DNA from: Eledone cirrhosa
Taxonomy: Eukaryota
Direction of reading: 5' to 3'
Assembly: GCA_964016885.1 (NCBI GenBank)
Contig: OZ024741.1
Span: 63,054,001 to 63,118,000 of the forward strand
Length of the DNA: 64,000 nt
This document shows, piece by piece, positions 40,000 to 55,477 of this stretch. Under the pieces are notes generated by a model, which saw nothing but the letters and a program-made list of their open reading frames with translations, was not told the origin of the DNA and did no database searches. The first letter of the stretch is position 1; every line of letters starts with the position of its first letter. A program made the translations under genes and the position numbers.

Positions 40000-40330
40000 C
40001 AATGATTTATAATGCGTGGTTGGAGACTACATAGAAGCTCGTCCGATGGACCGTCACCTTGTCACATTGATTTTACCTGCGGATTAATGCTACAAGTGTC
40101 TGTCGAATACTGAGACTCCTCAATGAATATTCAATTGATCGAAAAAGTGGAGCACTTATCGTCTAAAGCGACGGAGATCCCATTGATAGTTTTTTTTTAT
40201 GTTTGTGTAGAAATCTATTGATTTCTTCGGGGTTTTTAAACATTTAATATAGCTTCTATTGTTTCTGTCACTGGAACGTTTGTTAACAGTTTCATCACGA
40301 CTAAGTTAACAACGTAGGAAACTCAGCCAC
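40000..40330 (-). mobile_element. Old PLE RT fragment
   Basis: LLTNVPVTETIEAIL and LSMGSP remnants. Confidence 0.5.
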
Positions 40331-40349
40331 TATGCTCGCTAAGATACTA

Positions 40350-40900
40350 ACGAAATGTATTTCAACTATGAAAGAACATTCCTTTCGCTGCCCAAATGTT
40401 ATATAAGCATAAAGATATAGCCATATATTTTCATTTCTGACCCATGGTCGTGATTTCCTATGTAGCCAGATTAGAAAACAACATCACAACAAGCCATAAA
40501 CACACTCCAGGTATATTGATGATATATTTGTCGAAAGTGACACATAAGAATATGTTGAGAAATTAAAGAAGACGTAGATAACTACATTCTACTAAAGCTG
40601 AACATCCAGAACAATGCAAATGACATTCCTAGGAGCACAATGGTTCCATTTCTAGACATAAATATTCAGTTAGAATATACCAAATGTATTAAAGATATAT
40701 ATAATTGCCGTGCCGAAAATGGAGACAGTATTGCCTACATATATATAAAATGTCATTCAGGAAATCCATAATTTGAACAGCAATAAGATTTTCCATATCT
40801 AAATAGTATGTACACACTTGGTAAATATATTCACCAAAAGGTATTAAAAATGTCTATTAGAACAATGAATGGTATTACATTTTTACAAAACAAAACTCTA
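40350..40900 (+). mobile_element. Old PLE RT fragment
   Basis: YVARLEN, RYIDDIFV and VPFLDINI remnants. Confidence 0.55.
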
Positions 40901-42693
40901 CCAAAATTATATTGTAAATTTTTAAAGTGTTATACAAATTATCATTGACTTTTATAGTTTTGTGTTGAATAAATATTATGTATGTAAACTGCAACTTGTT
41001 TCTAAAATCAAGTAAGCAAATTTCGAAACAAAAGTATGATTTAATAGAAAATCAAAACAATATAAAGTTAACATCGTATGAAATTAAAAAGAAAATGTGG
41101 GATATGATATCAATTAAGGAAATATGCGAAAATGAATTCATTTGGATATAAGTCGGAATATAAATAATTATAAGATATCATTAATGTAGATAAATTTAAA
41201 AACGATATCATAGAAATATAGAAAAAGTTTGCAAGTTTAAATAAAATAGACACAATGCTTTATAATTTCTATGGTTTACAAAGACATGAATATGAAACGT
41301 TTATCCTAAAATCAATTAGATTTTACAGAGTATATATATACGTGTTTAAACTGAGTGTTGTTACATGAAGCAATTTCTTATATGTTAAAACAATGACAGT
41401 ATCTAATTTTAAAAAAAACTTGCATAATTCAAAACAATGTCTTGTAGATGGTTTCTATAAATACTATGTACGTGTGCTGTCGCCTAGAGAAACTCTGTGA
41501 ATATGTTAAAATAATGTTATTCAATCAAATAACACGAAGTAAACATACCGAATAGAATAAAAACAATGCGTCTGAAAGTGAAAACATTCGACTATAAGGT
41601 AGATTATAAATTATTCTAATATAATTTTAAGTGGATTAAAATATTGATAAAAAAGGGAATACTAGAAATAATAATGGGGGCGTCATTTGCTTAGACTGTA
41701 TTATCGAGAATGATTATTTGGTAGAAGATAATTTAATCAGATCATTTACAGCTGGTAAATAAACACTTTCTAATAAAATTGATTACATTAACATTAATTT
41801 ATTAAATTGTAATAAATTATTAATTTAACATGAATTTTCCAGTTCAATATTCTGACTACGTTGAATGAAAAAATAAAGAAAAGGGAAAAATAGCAATAAT
41901 TAAATGCATAAATAAACAAGTTAATTAAATAAATTATTTATTTATTAATATCTTACTGACTTAAATCAATGTTTCCAAACCTTTTAAAATGGCTACTGTT
42001 TGTTTCGCTGAAATGAAGGATGCACAATGAACATCATTTCCTACAATGAAGGATTCGAAGAAACTGACATTACGGATACGCACTAAGTTCTTATTTGGAT
42101 TTATTACTAAATGTAGCACGCCGATTAGATTTGACGTTTTCGGGTTCTTGTGAAAAGTGTAAATACATGCGGTCAGAAGATTTGCAATAAGATCAATTCG
42201 ATATGTGAAAAATTAGAGATTAATAAATATTCAGAACTTGTACAATTTCTCGACATCGCAGAATAATTTCGTCATAAGTTCTGCATTATATTAATACCGC
42301 ATTTCTGTTTGCAACTTGTTAAACATAGTAGTTTATAAATACCTGATAAATTTGTAGATGTATTTATTAGGTTATATGAGGGTCAAAGCATGATCAGAAA
42401 TCAATTCCAACACTCAACAATGAAACAGTAACTTGATTTTCATGTATTGCTTTTACATCAAACCCACTGACATTTTGTGCTGTTATTTGTTGAATAAATT
42501 ATATAGTTTCTATCGTACTGTCAACTAGAAAACAAAGCTTAATATCTGGTAGAATTCAACCTTTATATAGGATCACACACACGCACATACACACAGACAG
42601 ACACATATCTCAAAGCGTATATCAAATGAAACTACCTAATATAACTCATTCGAATTTACCGATAGTAAATACATGCATATATATATATATATT

Positions 42694-42785
<92 letters not shown>

Positions 42786-42799
42786 TTTACATTAAGGCT

Positions 42800-44347
42800 A
42801 ACAAGTGAGTCTTGTTAGTTTGGAGTAGTTTCGCCAGTTTATCAGTGTCACCAGACAAGAACTAATGTTTCAATAACATTTTGTGACGCTAAACACCGCC
42901 AGTTGCAGACTGTGAATCAACATGAGATATATTTCTCCACAAATTTCGATCACCAGCAGCAGAGTTTAAAGAGCTAAGATCAAGACCAGTCCATAAGTTG
43001 ACATTATCAAGCCATCGTTTTGGCTGCTGGCCTCGGCTTCTCTTACCAGCCAACCTTCCTTCCAGAGATAACCTACTCACACCACGAGATGATCTTTTTA
43101 TATGATAGTATAGTTAGAGTACTTTTGACTTGACAAATGATGTAATTGGTCTAAGTTTGTTAATGTTCAGCAGCTCACTGATACAGATACGGTCGCTGAG
43201 CCGCTTGCTAGTCATAAGTATCATGATGTGGTTCTGAAATTTAGAGACCTTCTGAAGTGACCTTGTCGACTAATTAACACAGTCAAGAGCATGTAATACA
43301 ACTGGTAGGATGTAAGTATCAAAGATCTCAGCCTTCAAATGATAGGAAACTCGTATGGATGTTAGTAGTTCCTTGTTCTTGTTGAAAACTGCTCAGCCTA
43401 GAGCGATGCGATACTGCGCAGCAACCATTCCACCATTGTTGTTTGATGATAGTTTGTGACTGATATATACAAACTCTGTAACTTGAGATTGTGAGTTGGA
43501 GATTGGCATTGTCATACACTTTGTTTTGGAGATGCTGATGGGTAAGCCAGCCTCCAGCGAATGTTTGGCCAGGACATTCAGAAATTCTTGCAGAGTAACT
43601 CATGATGGCCATATCGTCTGCATAGCTAAGATTTTATAGGATTTTACCTCGTATTTGATAGCCAGATGAGCACTCTTATTCAGTTTGGTAGATAGGTGCA
43701 GCTATAACTATACAGAAAAGAAGTGCGGATAGTACATCCTCCTGCTTAACTCCCTTCAAGATGTCTATACAGCGTATAGTTCCCAAATCTGTTTTGATAT
43801 ATGCTGTTGAGTTGGTGTAGATTTCTTTCAGTAGGTTGATGTATTTTTTGTTAATTGAGATATATCATGCCATCAAAAATTTGAAGCGAGTAAAAAGCCA
43901 TGGACTGGACAACATATACTCAGAAATCATCAAAGCTGTAGGTGGACCAATTATCAAAGCACTTCAACATATTAACTGTATTATCACTACAGGATAAAAA
44001 CCCAGACATGTTCAAGGAAGCATTGATAGTTGTACTCTACAAAAAAGGTAGCAACTTGATTGTGGGAACTCTCGTCCTATCAGCCTATTGAGTCACGTTT
44101 ACAATCTTTTCATGAGTATCATTGCAACACGAGTGAAGTGAGACCTTTACACCTCATTTCCTGAAAGACAAGCCGCGTATCAACCTGGAAGAGGCACCAT
44201 TGAGCAGATCCTAGCTATTGAACAAATCATTGAGAAATCAATAGAATTCAACAACCCTGTGCACATCACCTTCATTGATTTTACAAAAAGCTTTTGACAA
44301 CGTGAAACTACCCAGCTTGTGGCAACTCTTAAACAAGACCTTCAATA
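42800..44347 (-). mobile_element. RTE-like LINE with inverted 5' half
   Basis: Plus strand 43861-44347: KSHGLDNIYSE...RPISLLS...FIDF.KAFDNV; minus strand from 43860 down: GVKQEDVLS...YADD...LEG..AGKRSRGQQPKRWLD. Confidence 0.8.
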
Positions 44348-44505
44348 AGAGACCATAAATAAGAAAGACTTGAGGTGGCGGAAGATTTAATTGAAAAGGG
44401 ATAATTAAGATTGGGCGGACATGGTGGTGTTGTCAGTGGGTGACGATAGGGCTGTGTGAAAGAAGAAGGTGATAAAGGATGGTTGTGGGCATAGCCCACA
44501 TACGG

Positions 44506-44536
<31 letters not shown>

Positions 44537-44580
44537 GGCATAGTGGCTTATCCCCCTTACAATATATATATAAATATATA

Positions 44581-44661
<81 letters not shown>

Positions 44662-47530
44662 CTATATTTCACTTACAACTGCGGACTTTCTGTGAGTTAA
44701 AAATTACACAAATGCATCAAATACTATCATTGTTGCTATTTAGCCAAGATCAGTCCTGAAGAGGAACCCTATGATCAAAGGCATTCTAGTCGTGACCACG
44801 TTGTTCCAGATTATATTTCCCAATGTATTCTGACGATCCATAAAGGCCAATTTTCAAGGTAGAGAGAAAAGTCAATTAATCATGCTTCAAGTACTTATAG
44901 ACTGCAAATTGACCGAATGGAAAAGCCAAATATGTTATAATGATATAATGGACTCAGTTAATGTCAGGGTTATATTTGAAATTGAATATTAAGTGGATTA
45001 ATCTCGCACTTTATGTATATTCCCTCAGTCACGAAGTTGAATTTAAATGTTGTTTCCACAAATAACAAAATCAAACACGAAAATCGAAAAGACATTTGAA
45101 TTTCCCCATCTTACATGTTAGTATCATAATATATTGACAACACATGAGGTTTGAAATTTCGGCAAAATAACACTCTCGTAACGAGAATCTTCCTATCCTT
45201 ATTATTTAATCGGAGTTAACAACATGAAAGCAACGTGACTTTGATTCAAAGGCGTTAGTTTTATTGTTGCCAGTGAACCAGGATCTTCATTGTTGAAAGA
45301 CATAGAGTTGAACGTATTTAATTTTTAGAGATCAATATTAGGATTACCGGATATATGAACAATCATAGAAGCTAAGAAATGTTCGTTTAGATGATTCAAT
45401 GGTTTTCATTTATAGATGAAACCCTATAGTTTATTTTGATTCATGATTAAACATGACATTAAAATTTAAATAATTTAATTTACGAAATAATCATATAAAT
45501 GTTTAGCCTATATGTACAATTATCATTCAAGATTAAATGTTGGAGTGATTTTAAAGAAATAACTATTTACAGAGAACATCTTATCGGAGCCACATGACTG
45601 AAGTAAGAAATACATGTTTGCGTGTACAAATTCTGAAGTGTTACAGACGAAAATTTATATACATCACACTTGGGGTAGTATAGCTGATATATTTTCTTCT
45701 CTCTGATTACAGTTTAATGTTGGCAAATATTTTCATTCCGTAGAGGTTGTTAATTCATGGATGTTTGACGTTCTCTCGTATTACTTAACAGATTTATGTA
45801 AACAGATGTTTAAAAAGAAAAGAATGTATGAATGAAAGACAAAGATACACTATATTGTTTATAGTTACGGGGAAACGCATCTTATTTTCGACAATGAACT
45901 CAAACTATATATATCTTCTTTTATTTTCTAGAAGAACATAGTTTTGAAATAACATGATAAAAGCAACAAATAGGCGACAGTTAAAACTATAAGAACACAG
46001 AATTATGAGGAAATATAGATGTGAATACAATTTCATCGAAGCGCCACTCCATGAAATCGAATTTTAAGCTACATTATTTCCAAGTATTGGATACGGTCCA
46101 ATATTGTTTTGTTTTTTTACTGTTTACTATTATATATGTTGTAAACAAATTAAATAATAATATACCATAGAGCATTGGAAAGAAAGCTTATATAATTCAG
46201 AACTAAGCAAGGCCATGTAGTTTGATTCCTGGTAGCAGTACATCCTACTTTCGCCTCGGCTTCACACTTATTTAATGAATTAAATTTAGTAGATGGAAAC
46301 TGTCCCGAAGGTGTCCAATATATACATCATAGCCTATATATCTGTCTGTATGTATATATGCATGAATGTATGTATGCATGTATTTATGTATGCATGTAGG
46401 TAGGTAGGTATGCATGTTTGTATACATGCAATTATGTATGTATGTACGCATGTATGTGTGAACGTAAGGCATTGAAATACAACGACGAGACATTACAAAA
46501 AGAGTGGGGAGTTTAAATAGAATAGATTATGACTAAGAATGGTTGAGAAAGTAAAAGGAATAAAAAGATATAAATAAAAACGACCCAATGAGTAAACAGC
46601 AGCATGGTACCAATTATGGAACCCCATAAAAATGGCATTACATTTACTAACAAGTACCAGTAATGAACTGGTGATTGCTGGCCTTGTGCCTAAAGTAGAA
46701 ACAATTACATTTACTAACAAGGGAATTACCCTTTCAGCTAGCTATGCTCTCCGGTCTACAGGTGCACGCTGATAATAAGCACATTTGTTTGGACTATATA
46801 CGATACACTCACATACATTTTAGTAAAAAAATACTACAATTATCCTCTTCTCACATTTGGTTCAATTGTGAGAAATAGAATCCATTTAAGCAAACTAACA
46901 AAATCTTAACTAAACACTGTTCTACGTATTAATTTAGTCAATGAAATATAAATACATGTACGTAATATAATATCTGAACAAATCTGCTTTATATAGAAAC
47001 AATGTACATTGTGGTCTAGAGAAAATTGTGAAATAAGAAACGATTTATTCATGTTTGATCACCTTATAATCTCACATTATATTAAGCCGTTTAAATTGAA
47101 GAACGATCTATGCAAAAGTTTCAGAGTTTTGTCCGTTTGATATATTCGGACAATTGATTTTGATTTTATAGCCTAAGCAGATTGGCTAATTTTCTTGTCA
47201 TCTTCAGCTTCTCTATTTCTACATGTATTTATTTTTGTGATTGACAGAGATACAAAGAATTGAGTGGGCGGTTAGTATCGTCTATTTAATTGGATTCTGT
47301 ACATGATAGGCATTTATTTAATTGACACGAGGAAGATGAAAGTGCTTATGTATTTTAATTTGATGGAACAACCGATCACTAGTGGTTTCGTAAAGATGAA
47401 ATGTTATGCTCTGAACATGATGGCATTTGAACTCAGAACTAATAATGATGCTACAATCATTAATCATTCTCACTTCAAATAAGACATACATACACACATA
47501 CACACATAATTACCTACATACATACATGCA

Positions 47531-47607
<77 letters not shown>

Positions 47608-47647
47608 GCATATATTATATACAATATATTATATATGCATATATATA

Positions 47648-47703
<56 letters not shown>

Positions 47704-47804
47704 TATTATATATATTGTATATAATATATGCATATATATATACATATATATATATACGAGTGCATGCATGTATGTAGGTAATTATGAGTGTATTTGTGTA
47801 TGTA

Positions 47805-48168
<364 letters not shown>

Positions 48169-48366
48169 CCGTGTGTGTGTGTAAATAGATGAAGGAAAAA
48201 TGATGGTGTTGAAGTAACCCAGTTTTTTGCTTATGACGGTTTTGTTGCCGACATAAATGAAAAGATAAATATGCGGATGCTATAATTTTTTTTTCCTAAT
48301 AAGACACAAGCGACTCAATATATATAAATCAAATATATTTATCGATGCAAATTTTCATCATTATTT

Positions 48367-48470
48367 TCGAGGTTAACTTTGCCTTTTATCCTTATGAGGT
48401 CTATAAAATAAAGTACCAGTAATACACTGTATAATTGCTGGCCTTGTGCCTAAAGTAGAAACAATTATTT
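48367..48470 (+). mobile_element. OK-type SINE 3' part (another remnant at ~46655-46710)
   Basis: Matches the family. Confidence 0.75.
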
Positions 48471-48857
48471 TCTTGTGTCCGGTTTCCGCACTAACACAAT
48501 TTCGTTGGTGTCTACAGCATAGAAATATCTAAACCATATACCCCGGTTTAGATTTTAAATTGAATCCTTATTTCCTTTAGAATATTTTCCTTTTTCTATT
48601 ATCTTATTAAGAGGAACATGGCACCCATTCTGTACCGCGTATGAAGACCATAAACATCTAAAGAAATATTTTATTTAAATTAAAATACAAAAAACGTCAA
48701 GACGAAAAGAGATTTGAATTTCTTCAATTTGTTTATTTTATCCCAATGGGATAATCCGGGGTTTAACAAAGTAAATGAGATTAATGGTAACACACTTTGT
48801 ATTTCAGATTCACAAGGGGTAGTTATAATCAGTAATGATGCTTTTGAGCCCCAACAT

Positions 48858-48924
<67 letters not shown>

Positions 48925-48928
<4 letters not shown>

Positions 48929-51050
48929 GTAGAACACTCGAAGGTAATATCCGTAGTGGTAGAGCACTCAGTCCATGGGACGAGTTAGGTCGAAGTGGTT
49001 ACACAACAGTTAGTTCACCATACCGAGAACAATTGTTACACCTTAGCGGATCCTCAGCTCGTAATGGACATGGTTATACGGAACAGGAAGGACAACCGTA
49101 CAAACGCGCATGCGCAGAAACGATCACTTCACAAAGGCAATACTAAAATGCGTGCGAGAGTGTAAGGGAGATAACTGCGAAAGTGCGAAAAGTTTCTAGT
49201 TGATAAGAAAATTAGGCTGTTGTTGTAGTTCAATCCGGAGCTTTGTAGTTATGTAAGAGGTATTTCCAGACGTGTGGACAACGTGTGAAGAATTCATTTG
49301 TCGTGTTTAGGCAATCACTATTGCGTAATCTCTTTAGAATATTTATTCGTTCATCAATACATAGTCCACACGACAGATTGCCCCTTGCGTATGGCTTGGA
49401 GTTACTAATGGATTTCCATTGAATGGAGTAGTCTATACTTGAGTCCTTGAGGGACCATACGTGGCTCGCGAGTTTCGTGGATGAGCGTTTGTCCCGGTAC
49501 CTAAAGGTCGACTGGTGGTTCAGGAAGCGTTCCTTAAATCGGCCCTCCGCCATACCAACATAGGATTTGACGTCCTATGGTTGATTTGGTCTGTTGGAAG
49601 TGACCACAGCTTCATAAACTACAACCGGTGTGTTACATTGCTGTTGAAGGGGACAAGCGTCGGGCTTACGGCAAGAACACCCTGGTGGGGTGTTGCTCTT
49701 AGGGCTGTTGGTGACGTGGGCCTTCATGTTCTTACGCAGGAGTATCTTAGTTTTACTTTGTGTCGGTTAAAGATGGAGCGGTATTTATGACCTATGGGAA
49801 AGTGTCTATCTAAGAGGGTTAGAAATTGTTTGCCTACATTGGGTTTAACGTTGAGTGAGAAGGGAGGAGAGAACCCGATAGTTTGTCTATTGTTACGCTT
49901 TCTTTTCTTATTGCTGTTGTTGATAGTGGGAGAGTAAGTGATATGTTGCGAGAAGCCGCTGTTAGCTAACGCCGTGTTATAGTATGGTGCCGCCCTGTCA
50001 AAGATAGCCTTATTAGAGGAGATGTTTGAGATTCTAGTTGATATTATTAACGAGGTTTCTAAAAACAGTGGGAGGGTGGCATATGTCCTTTTGAATGTAA
50101 TTGAGTTTTTCGTTTAGCTTATTGAAGGGTCTGTAGGTGTGCGTGCGAAGGTCTAAATTAATGTCTAAGAAATCTACGCTAGAGAGGTTGGTAGCTACTG
50201 TTATCCTAAGTCCTAACTCATTGAAGGTAGAAGCTAAGTCTTTTTTAAACCGGTCGAGGTCGTGACCACTTTTATGGCTCGAAAAGGTCATTCCATCGTC
50301 GCGGTATATTGCCGTGTGGAAGTCCGGGAATCTAACACGTAATATGTCTAAAATACATAGGCCAACCAAGTCGCATACGTCAGCACTGTCAAACGATCCC
50401 ATGATGGAGGCGTCGAATAGGTCTGAAGTTGTTGACTTCTTTCCCCATGCTCTCCGTCGTTGAAGTGGAGGGTTTTCCGGCAGTGAGCGATGGTTTCCCT
50501 GTCTAAACTATCGACGGTAGTGTAAGTGGTAGCAAAGTACAACGCTTTGTTTAACAGGGTCTTTGAGATCGACGGGTAAAAATCAACAATGTCAAACTGT
50601 GTGAACTTCGCTTTTTGGGATTTGAAGGAGTTAAACCACTTAATTACGGTGTCGCTGTTCTCCCACTGGGACAGGTTGGACTTGGTCCTAATGGTCTTAA
50701 CTATGTTTCTAAGTATGGCCTTACTGACTAGTCCCATATCTGTGCGTGCCGGGATTATTAGTCTACATGTGGGGTTAGAAGTAAAGTCTACCTTGTGATC
50801 TTTCAGGATGAGGAACGCCTCCCTCTTAGCTAGAGATTGTAGCTTCTTATCTACCTTAAGGGCGGCGGCAAGTTCTTTGGCTTCTGTATTAATGTCGTGG
50901 TAGGCCAAAGGGTTAGCTTTCTTATATTTGGAAGTAATAGCGTTATGGGCCAGGTGGCGGAAAGTGGTGTTGTCGACTTCGTAAATATTATTAGTTTTGT
51001 CGAAAAGAACGAAAGTGTTATTAGAAAACCTAAATTTCTTAATATCATTT
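48925..51050 (-). mobile_element. Penelope-like element, family F (RT plus GIY-YIG, lightly disrupted)
   Basis: LKDHK.DF..NPTCRLI.P, FDIVDFYPSI, MGSFD.A, YRDDG, FLDI, YVG...RFKERFLNH, CGLCIDE; hammerhead and tail at the 3' end. Confidence 0.9.
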
Positions 51051-52186
51051 CTCTTTCTATATATATATATATCTATATATAAAATGGTAGATGTCTGTCT
51101 GTGTGTGTGTATGATTTTTATGCCTTTCCACATTTCTCTACCGATTTTGATGATTTTGTTCCAATGTGCTCCAAATTTGCCAGGGGAGGTTAACGCGTAA
51201 TTATTTTTGCCAACGATTTCATGCTTCTATGAAAAAAATCGATAAAACTAAATACATGCTGTAACCCTCTCTCTTACACGCTTCATTCCTCTCACTAATA
51301 CCATCAAAAATATATGAAACTACATACATGTTGCAACTCTCTTTAAAAGGTTCATCCTTTCCTCTACTCCACTCTCAATCTCCTCCGCAACTCTCTTTAA
51401 AAGCTTCATCACTCTCTCTACTCCCCCCTCAATCTCCTCTGCAACTCTCTTTAAAAGGTTACTGCCTCCATCTACTACTCTATCACCATTACAATTTAAA
51501 ACAACGACAAAACTTCTTTTGAAGGAACGCGACACAAACTTTTAAACCTAAGCAACACAACAACCATAGCTTTACACTCTCCGTCGTTCTTCCCTTTCTC
51601 TACAATAGATGATTCCCCCTCTCTATAATTAACTGCTTTACTCTCTTCATGCTTCGCGGTTTAACACTAGCTTCACTCTATCCGTCGCTCTTCTCTCTCT
51701 ATATAATAGATCATTCCCCTATTCGTTCGGGAACGCGAAAAAAACTTTGATAACTAAGCAACACATCATTTTATACAACAACAAACACTCATAACGACAC
51801 TCATACATCAAATAGCAAAATTTAAAAAGCCGATAACACTAAATACATACTGCTCTCTCAACATTACATTTTACACACTTACATTTTACATCAAATAACA
51901 AATATTCAAAAGCAACAAATGAATTTATAAAACAACAAACGTAACAATAACGACGCTTAAGCATTTATTTACATGATTCTCAACAAAGACATTATATTTT
52001 ATTGTTGTACTTTTTGTAATTTTCTTTCTATGTTTTTCTCAATATGAAACAAAAAATTAATGAGAACTTTTTTCACGGGATTCTATTCAAAGTCGGGACA
52101 ATTATTACTTTTGGTCAGGAGAAGGTCATGAAGCAAAAAATGTTCAAATCATTCAACAATAAGAGCAGAAATCGATCATGATCATT

Positions 52187-52495
52187 CCCCATCTCTATAA
52201 TTTAACTGCTTTACTCTCTCTGTCGCTCTTCACTCCCTATATGACAACACTACAGAGAGAGAAACAATGTATATGATCAAATGGAGCGTTCCGTATATTC
52301 CCCCTCTATATAATTTAACTGCTTTACTCTCTCTGTCGCTCTTCACTCCCTATATGACAACACTGCAGAGAGAGAAACAATGTATATGATCAAATGGAGC
52401 GTTCCGTATATTCCCCCTCTCTATAATTTAACTGCTTTACTCCCTCTGTCGCTCTTCACTCCCTATATGACAACACTGCAGTGGAGCGTTCCGTA
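52187..52495 (+). repeat. ~113 bp tandem repeat, about 2.7 copies, inside the Helitron
   Basis: Directly visible. Confidence 0.9.
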
Positions 52496-52599
52496 TTGAC
52501 ATACGGCTTATCTGGGGCATTTTCAATCGGCTTATTGCAAATAACAACCCGTAAAATATCACTTCATATAACAGATTAATGCTATAGACATATGAATCG

Positions 52600-55477
52600 G
52601 AATGTAACCCGTGAACTTTTTCTTGGGCAAAATTATTCGAACAGACATGACCTCATTGCCAGAGTGTTCAGACTGAAACTGGCTAAACTCATGGCTTTAA
52701 TCAAAAAGGTCAGGTATTTGGAGCTGTAAAATGTGACATGTTCACCGTCGACTGGCAAAAACGAGGGCTGCCACATGCTCACATTTTGATTTGGTTAGTT
52801 GATCAAATCAATTCAAACGCCATAGACAGCTTCAGTTCGGCTGAAATCCCTAACCCAGCAATTGACCAGGAATTACATGACATCGTCAAAGGTAACATGA
52901 TTCATGGTCCGTGTGCGTCGGGTCCTAATGAGCATCACACGTGTCTGAAAAGGGGGGGGGGTCGTGCAGTAAGGGATACCACCAAAAATTTGTTGACCAG
53001 ACGCAGGTTGGTGGCGACAGGTACCCCCTATACAGGTGGAGACGGCCGGAGAACGGTGGCCTCACCACAACAGTAAGGGGAGATCAAGTCGACAATAGAT
53101 GGGTGGTCCCTTACTGCTCGCTTCACTTGAAGATGTTCAACGCACACATCAACGTTGAGTTTTGCAACTCCGTCAAGTCGATAAAATACATATGCAAATA
53201 AGTAAATAAAGGCTCTGAAAATAGCAGGGACGAGGTCACAGAATACCTGGCGAGGCGGTACATCAGTAGCAATGAAGCTTTTTGGCGCCTATTTTGTTTA
53301 CCCCTACACCAACGTCACCCCGCCATCGTACAGCTTGCGGTACATTTGGAAAATGGGCAAAGGGTTTACTTTACGGACCAAACCGCCGCCAAGTTGGCCG
53401 CCGATCCGAAAGAGACCACTCTGACGGGTTTCTTCAAACTTTGCCAGTTCGATACATTTACGCAAACAATTGTGTACTCCCAGGTTCCATCCTATATATA
53501 TGGTCGAAAACCACTCGGGTGCGAAGAAAGTCAGGTCAGGCTGTTGAAAGACATCCTGGTGTAACATTTGACAGCTGTCTTGGAAGGGTTTACACTGTGC
53601 CCCCAAGTCAGCATGAGTTCTTTCATCTCCGCCTTCTTCTGCATGAAGTTGTAGGCCCACAAAGTTTTCAGGACCTCAAAACTGTTGGAGAAATGTGTGA
53701 TATGTACCGGGAAGCCTGCTTTAAGCGTGGTCTTTTGGAAGATGACTCGCAATGGGATTCCACTTTAGCAGAGGGTGCTTTGTTGAAATCACCTAAAGGT
53801 CTACGGGAACTCTTTGCTATATTGCTTCAAAAGTATGAATTGGGTGATCCCAAATCTTTATGGGTCAAGTACAGAGACTTCATGTCTAAGGACTTCCGGA
53901 GCCTGGCTCATCTGCAGTATACTTCAGTGGAAGTTGGTTACAGCGACATTATCTACAACAGGGCACTCATTGATATCGAGGACGCTCTCCTCAATATGGG
54001 TGGGAGTGAGTTGGCAACATATGGCTAGCCGTAAACCGTCAGAGAGGAAGCTAACACGTTGGCCCCGGATCTTTTGCGGGAAACAGTATATGACATCGAA
54101 TCTCTTTCCCAATACTTAGAGGAAAATGAGCCCAAACTTCTGCCGGACCAAAGGTTGGCATATTTAACTATCATTGACGCGGTTCAAAATCAGACTGGGG
54201 TTATTTACTTTCTCGATGCTCCTGAGGGTACGGAAAAACTTATGTAACGAAATTGATTCACGCTAAGATTCGTCAGGAGAAAAACATTGCGTTGGCCGTT
54301 GCATCGTCCGGGATCGCTGCTACTTTGCTGCCGGTAGGCAGGACAGCACATTCAACCTTTAAACACCCCTTGGATTTAACTGAGACATCAGCATGCAATA
54401 TCAGCAAGAGTTCACACGAAGCTCTGGTTCTCAAAAAATGTTGCCTCCTTGTTTGAGATGAGTGCACAATGGCACACAAGGGTGCCCTTGAGGCATTGGA
54501 CTAGACCCTGAAAGACATTAGGGATTCTACGGCTCCTATGGGTGACGTAACCCTTCTGCTATTAGGGGATTTTCGGCAAACGCTGCCTGTCATCCCCAAA
54601 GGGACAAGAGCTGATGAAGTGCGTGCCTGTCTTAAGTCGTCCATGTTGTGGCTCTAGGTGAAGAGTTTGTACATGAGCACAAATATGGGTGACAACATGT
54701 CTGCAGCATTTGCTCAGAATATTTTAGCACTTGGTGAGGGCAAGGTCCCTGCGGATGACAAGGGCGGCATAGCAATCGACTCCCTGTGCACCATTGTGAG
54801 CAGCCCTTCTGACCTTTGGGAAGCAGTTTTTCCTAATGTCTCATCTAACTTTAAAAACCTCGATTGGCTCAGCGAAAGAGCCATCCTTGCTCCGAAAAAT
54901 GCCATGGTTAATTTTATTAACGAGCAGCTGATTGAAAAATTCCCGGTAAAGAACACATCTTCAAATCTAACGACCGGACGTCTGACGCCGACGATATCGT
55001 TAATTATCCGGTTGAGTTATTAAATTCCCTTGAGCCTCCAGGGCTTCCACCTCACATTCTTAAGCTTCGGGTTGGCTGTCCCATTATGCTAATAAGGAAC
55101 TTGCGTCCACCAAAGCAGTGCAACGGTACTCGCATGGTCGTCAAGTCCCTGACGCCCCACTTGATTGAGGCCACCATTGTAACGGGGTGCGGGAGAGGGG
55201 AGAATGTTTTCATTCCAAGGAGGAACCTTTTCTCCTCGCGTCAGATATCCCGTTCGATTTCCGGCGATCCCAATTTCCGGTGGGACCATGTTTTGCCATG
55301 TCCATTAACAAGTCACAAGGGCAAACATTGTCGGTGGCGGGTATCCATTTGGGGGAGCCATGCTTCTCCCATGGCCAACTTTATGTTGCCGGTTCCCGCG
55401 TAGGGACCAGGAATGGACTTTTTGTTTACACTCCTCAAGGGATAACACGCAATATCGTCTACAAAGAGGTGCTATAG
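52600..55477 (+). pseudogene. Helitron Rep (HUH) / Pif1-like helicase, disrupted
   Basis: WQKRGLPHAHIL, MIHGPC, DNRWVVPY, SIKYICK, ASSGIAATLL..GRTAHS, GDFRQTLP, RAILAPKN, CNGTR, FAMSINKSQGQTL, FSHGQLYVA.SRV. Confidence 0.95.

Noticed and set aside
52187-52495. CRISPR-like array (also considered for 1602-1657 and 34705-34775)
   Set aside because: Contiguous tandem repeats without unique spacers, in a eukaryotic context with no cas genes
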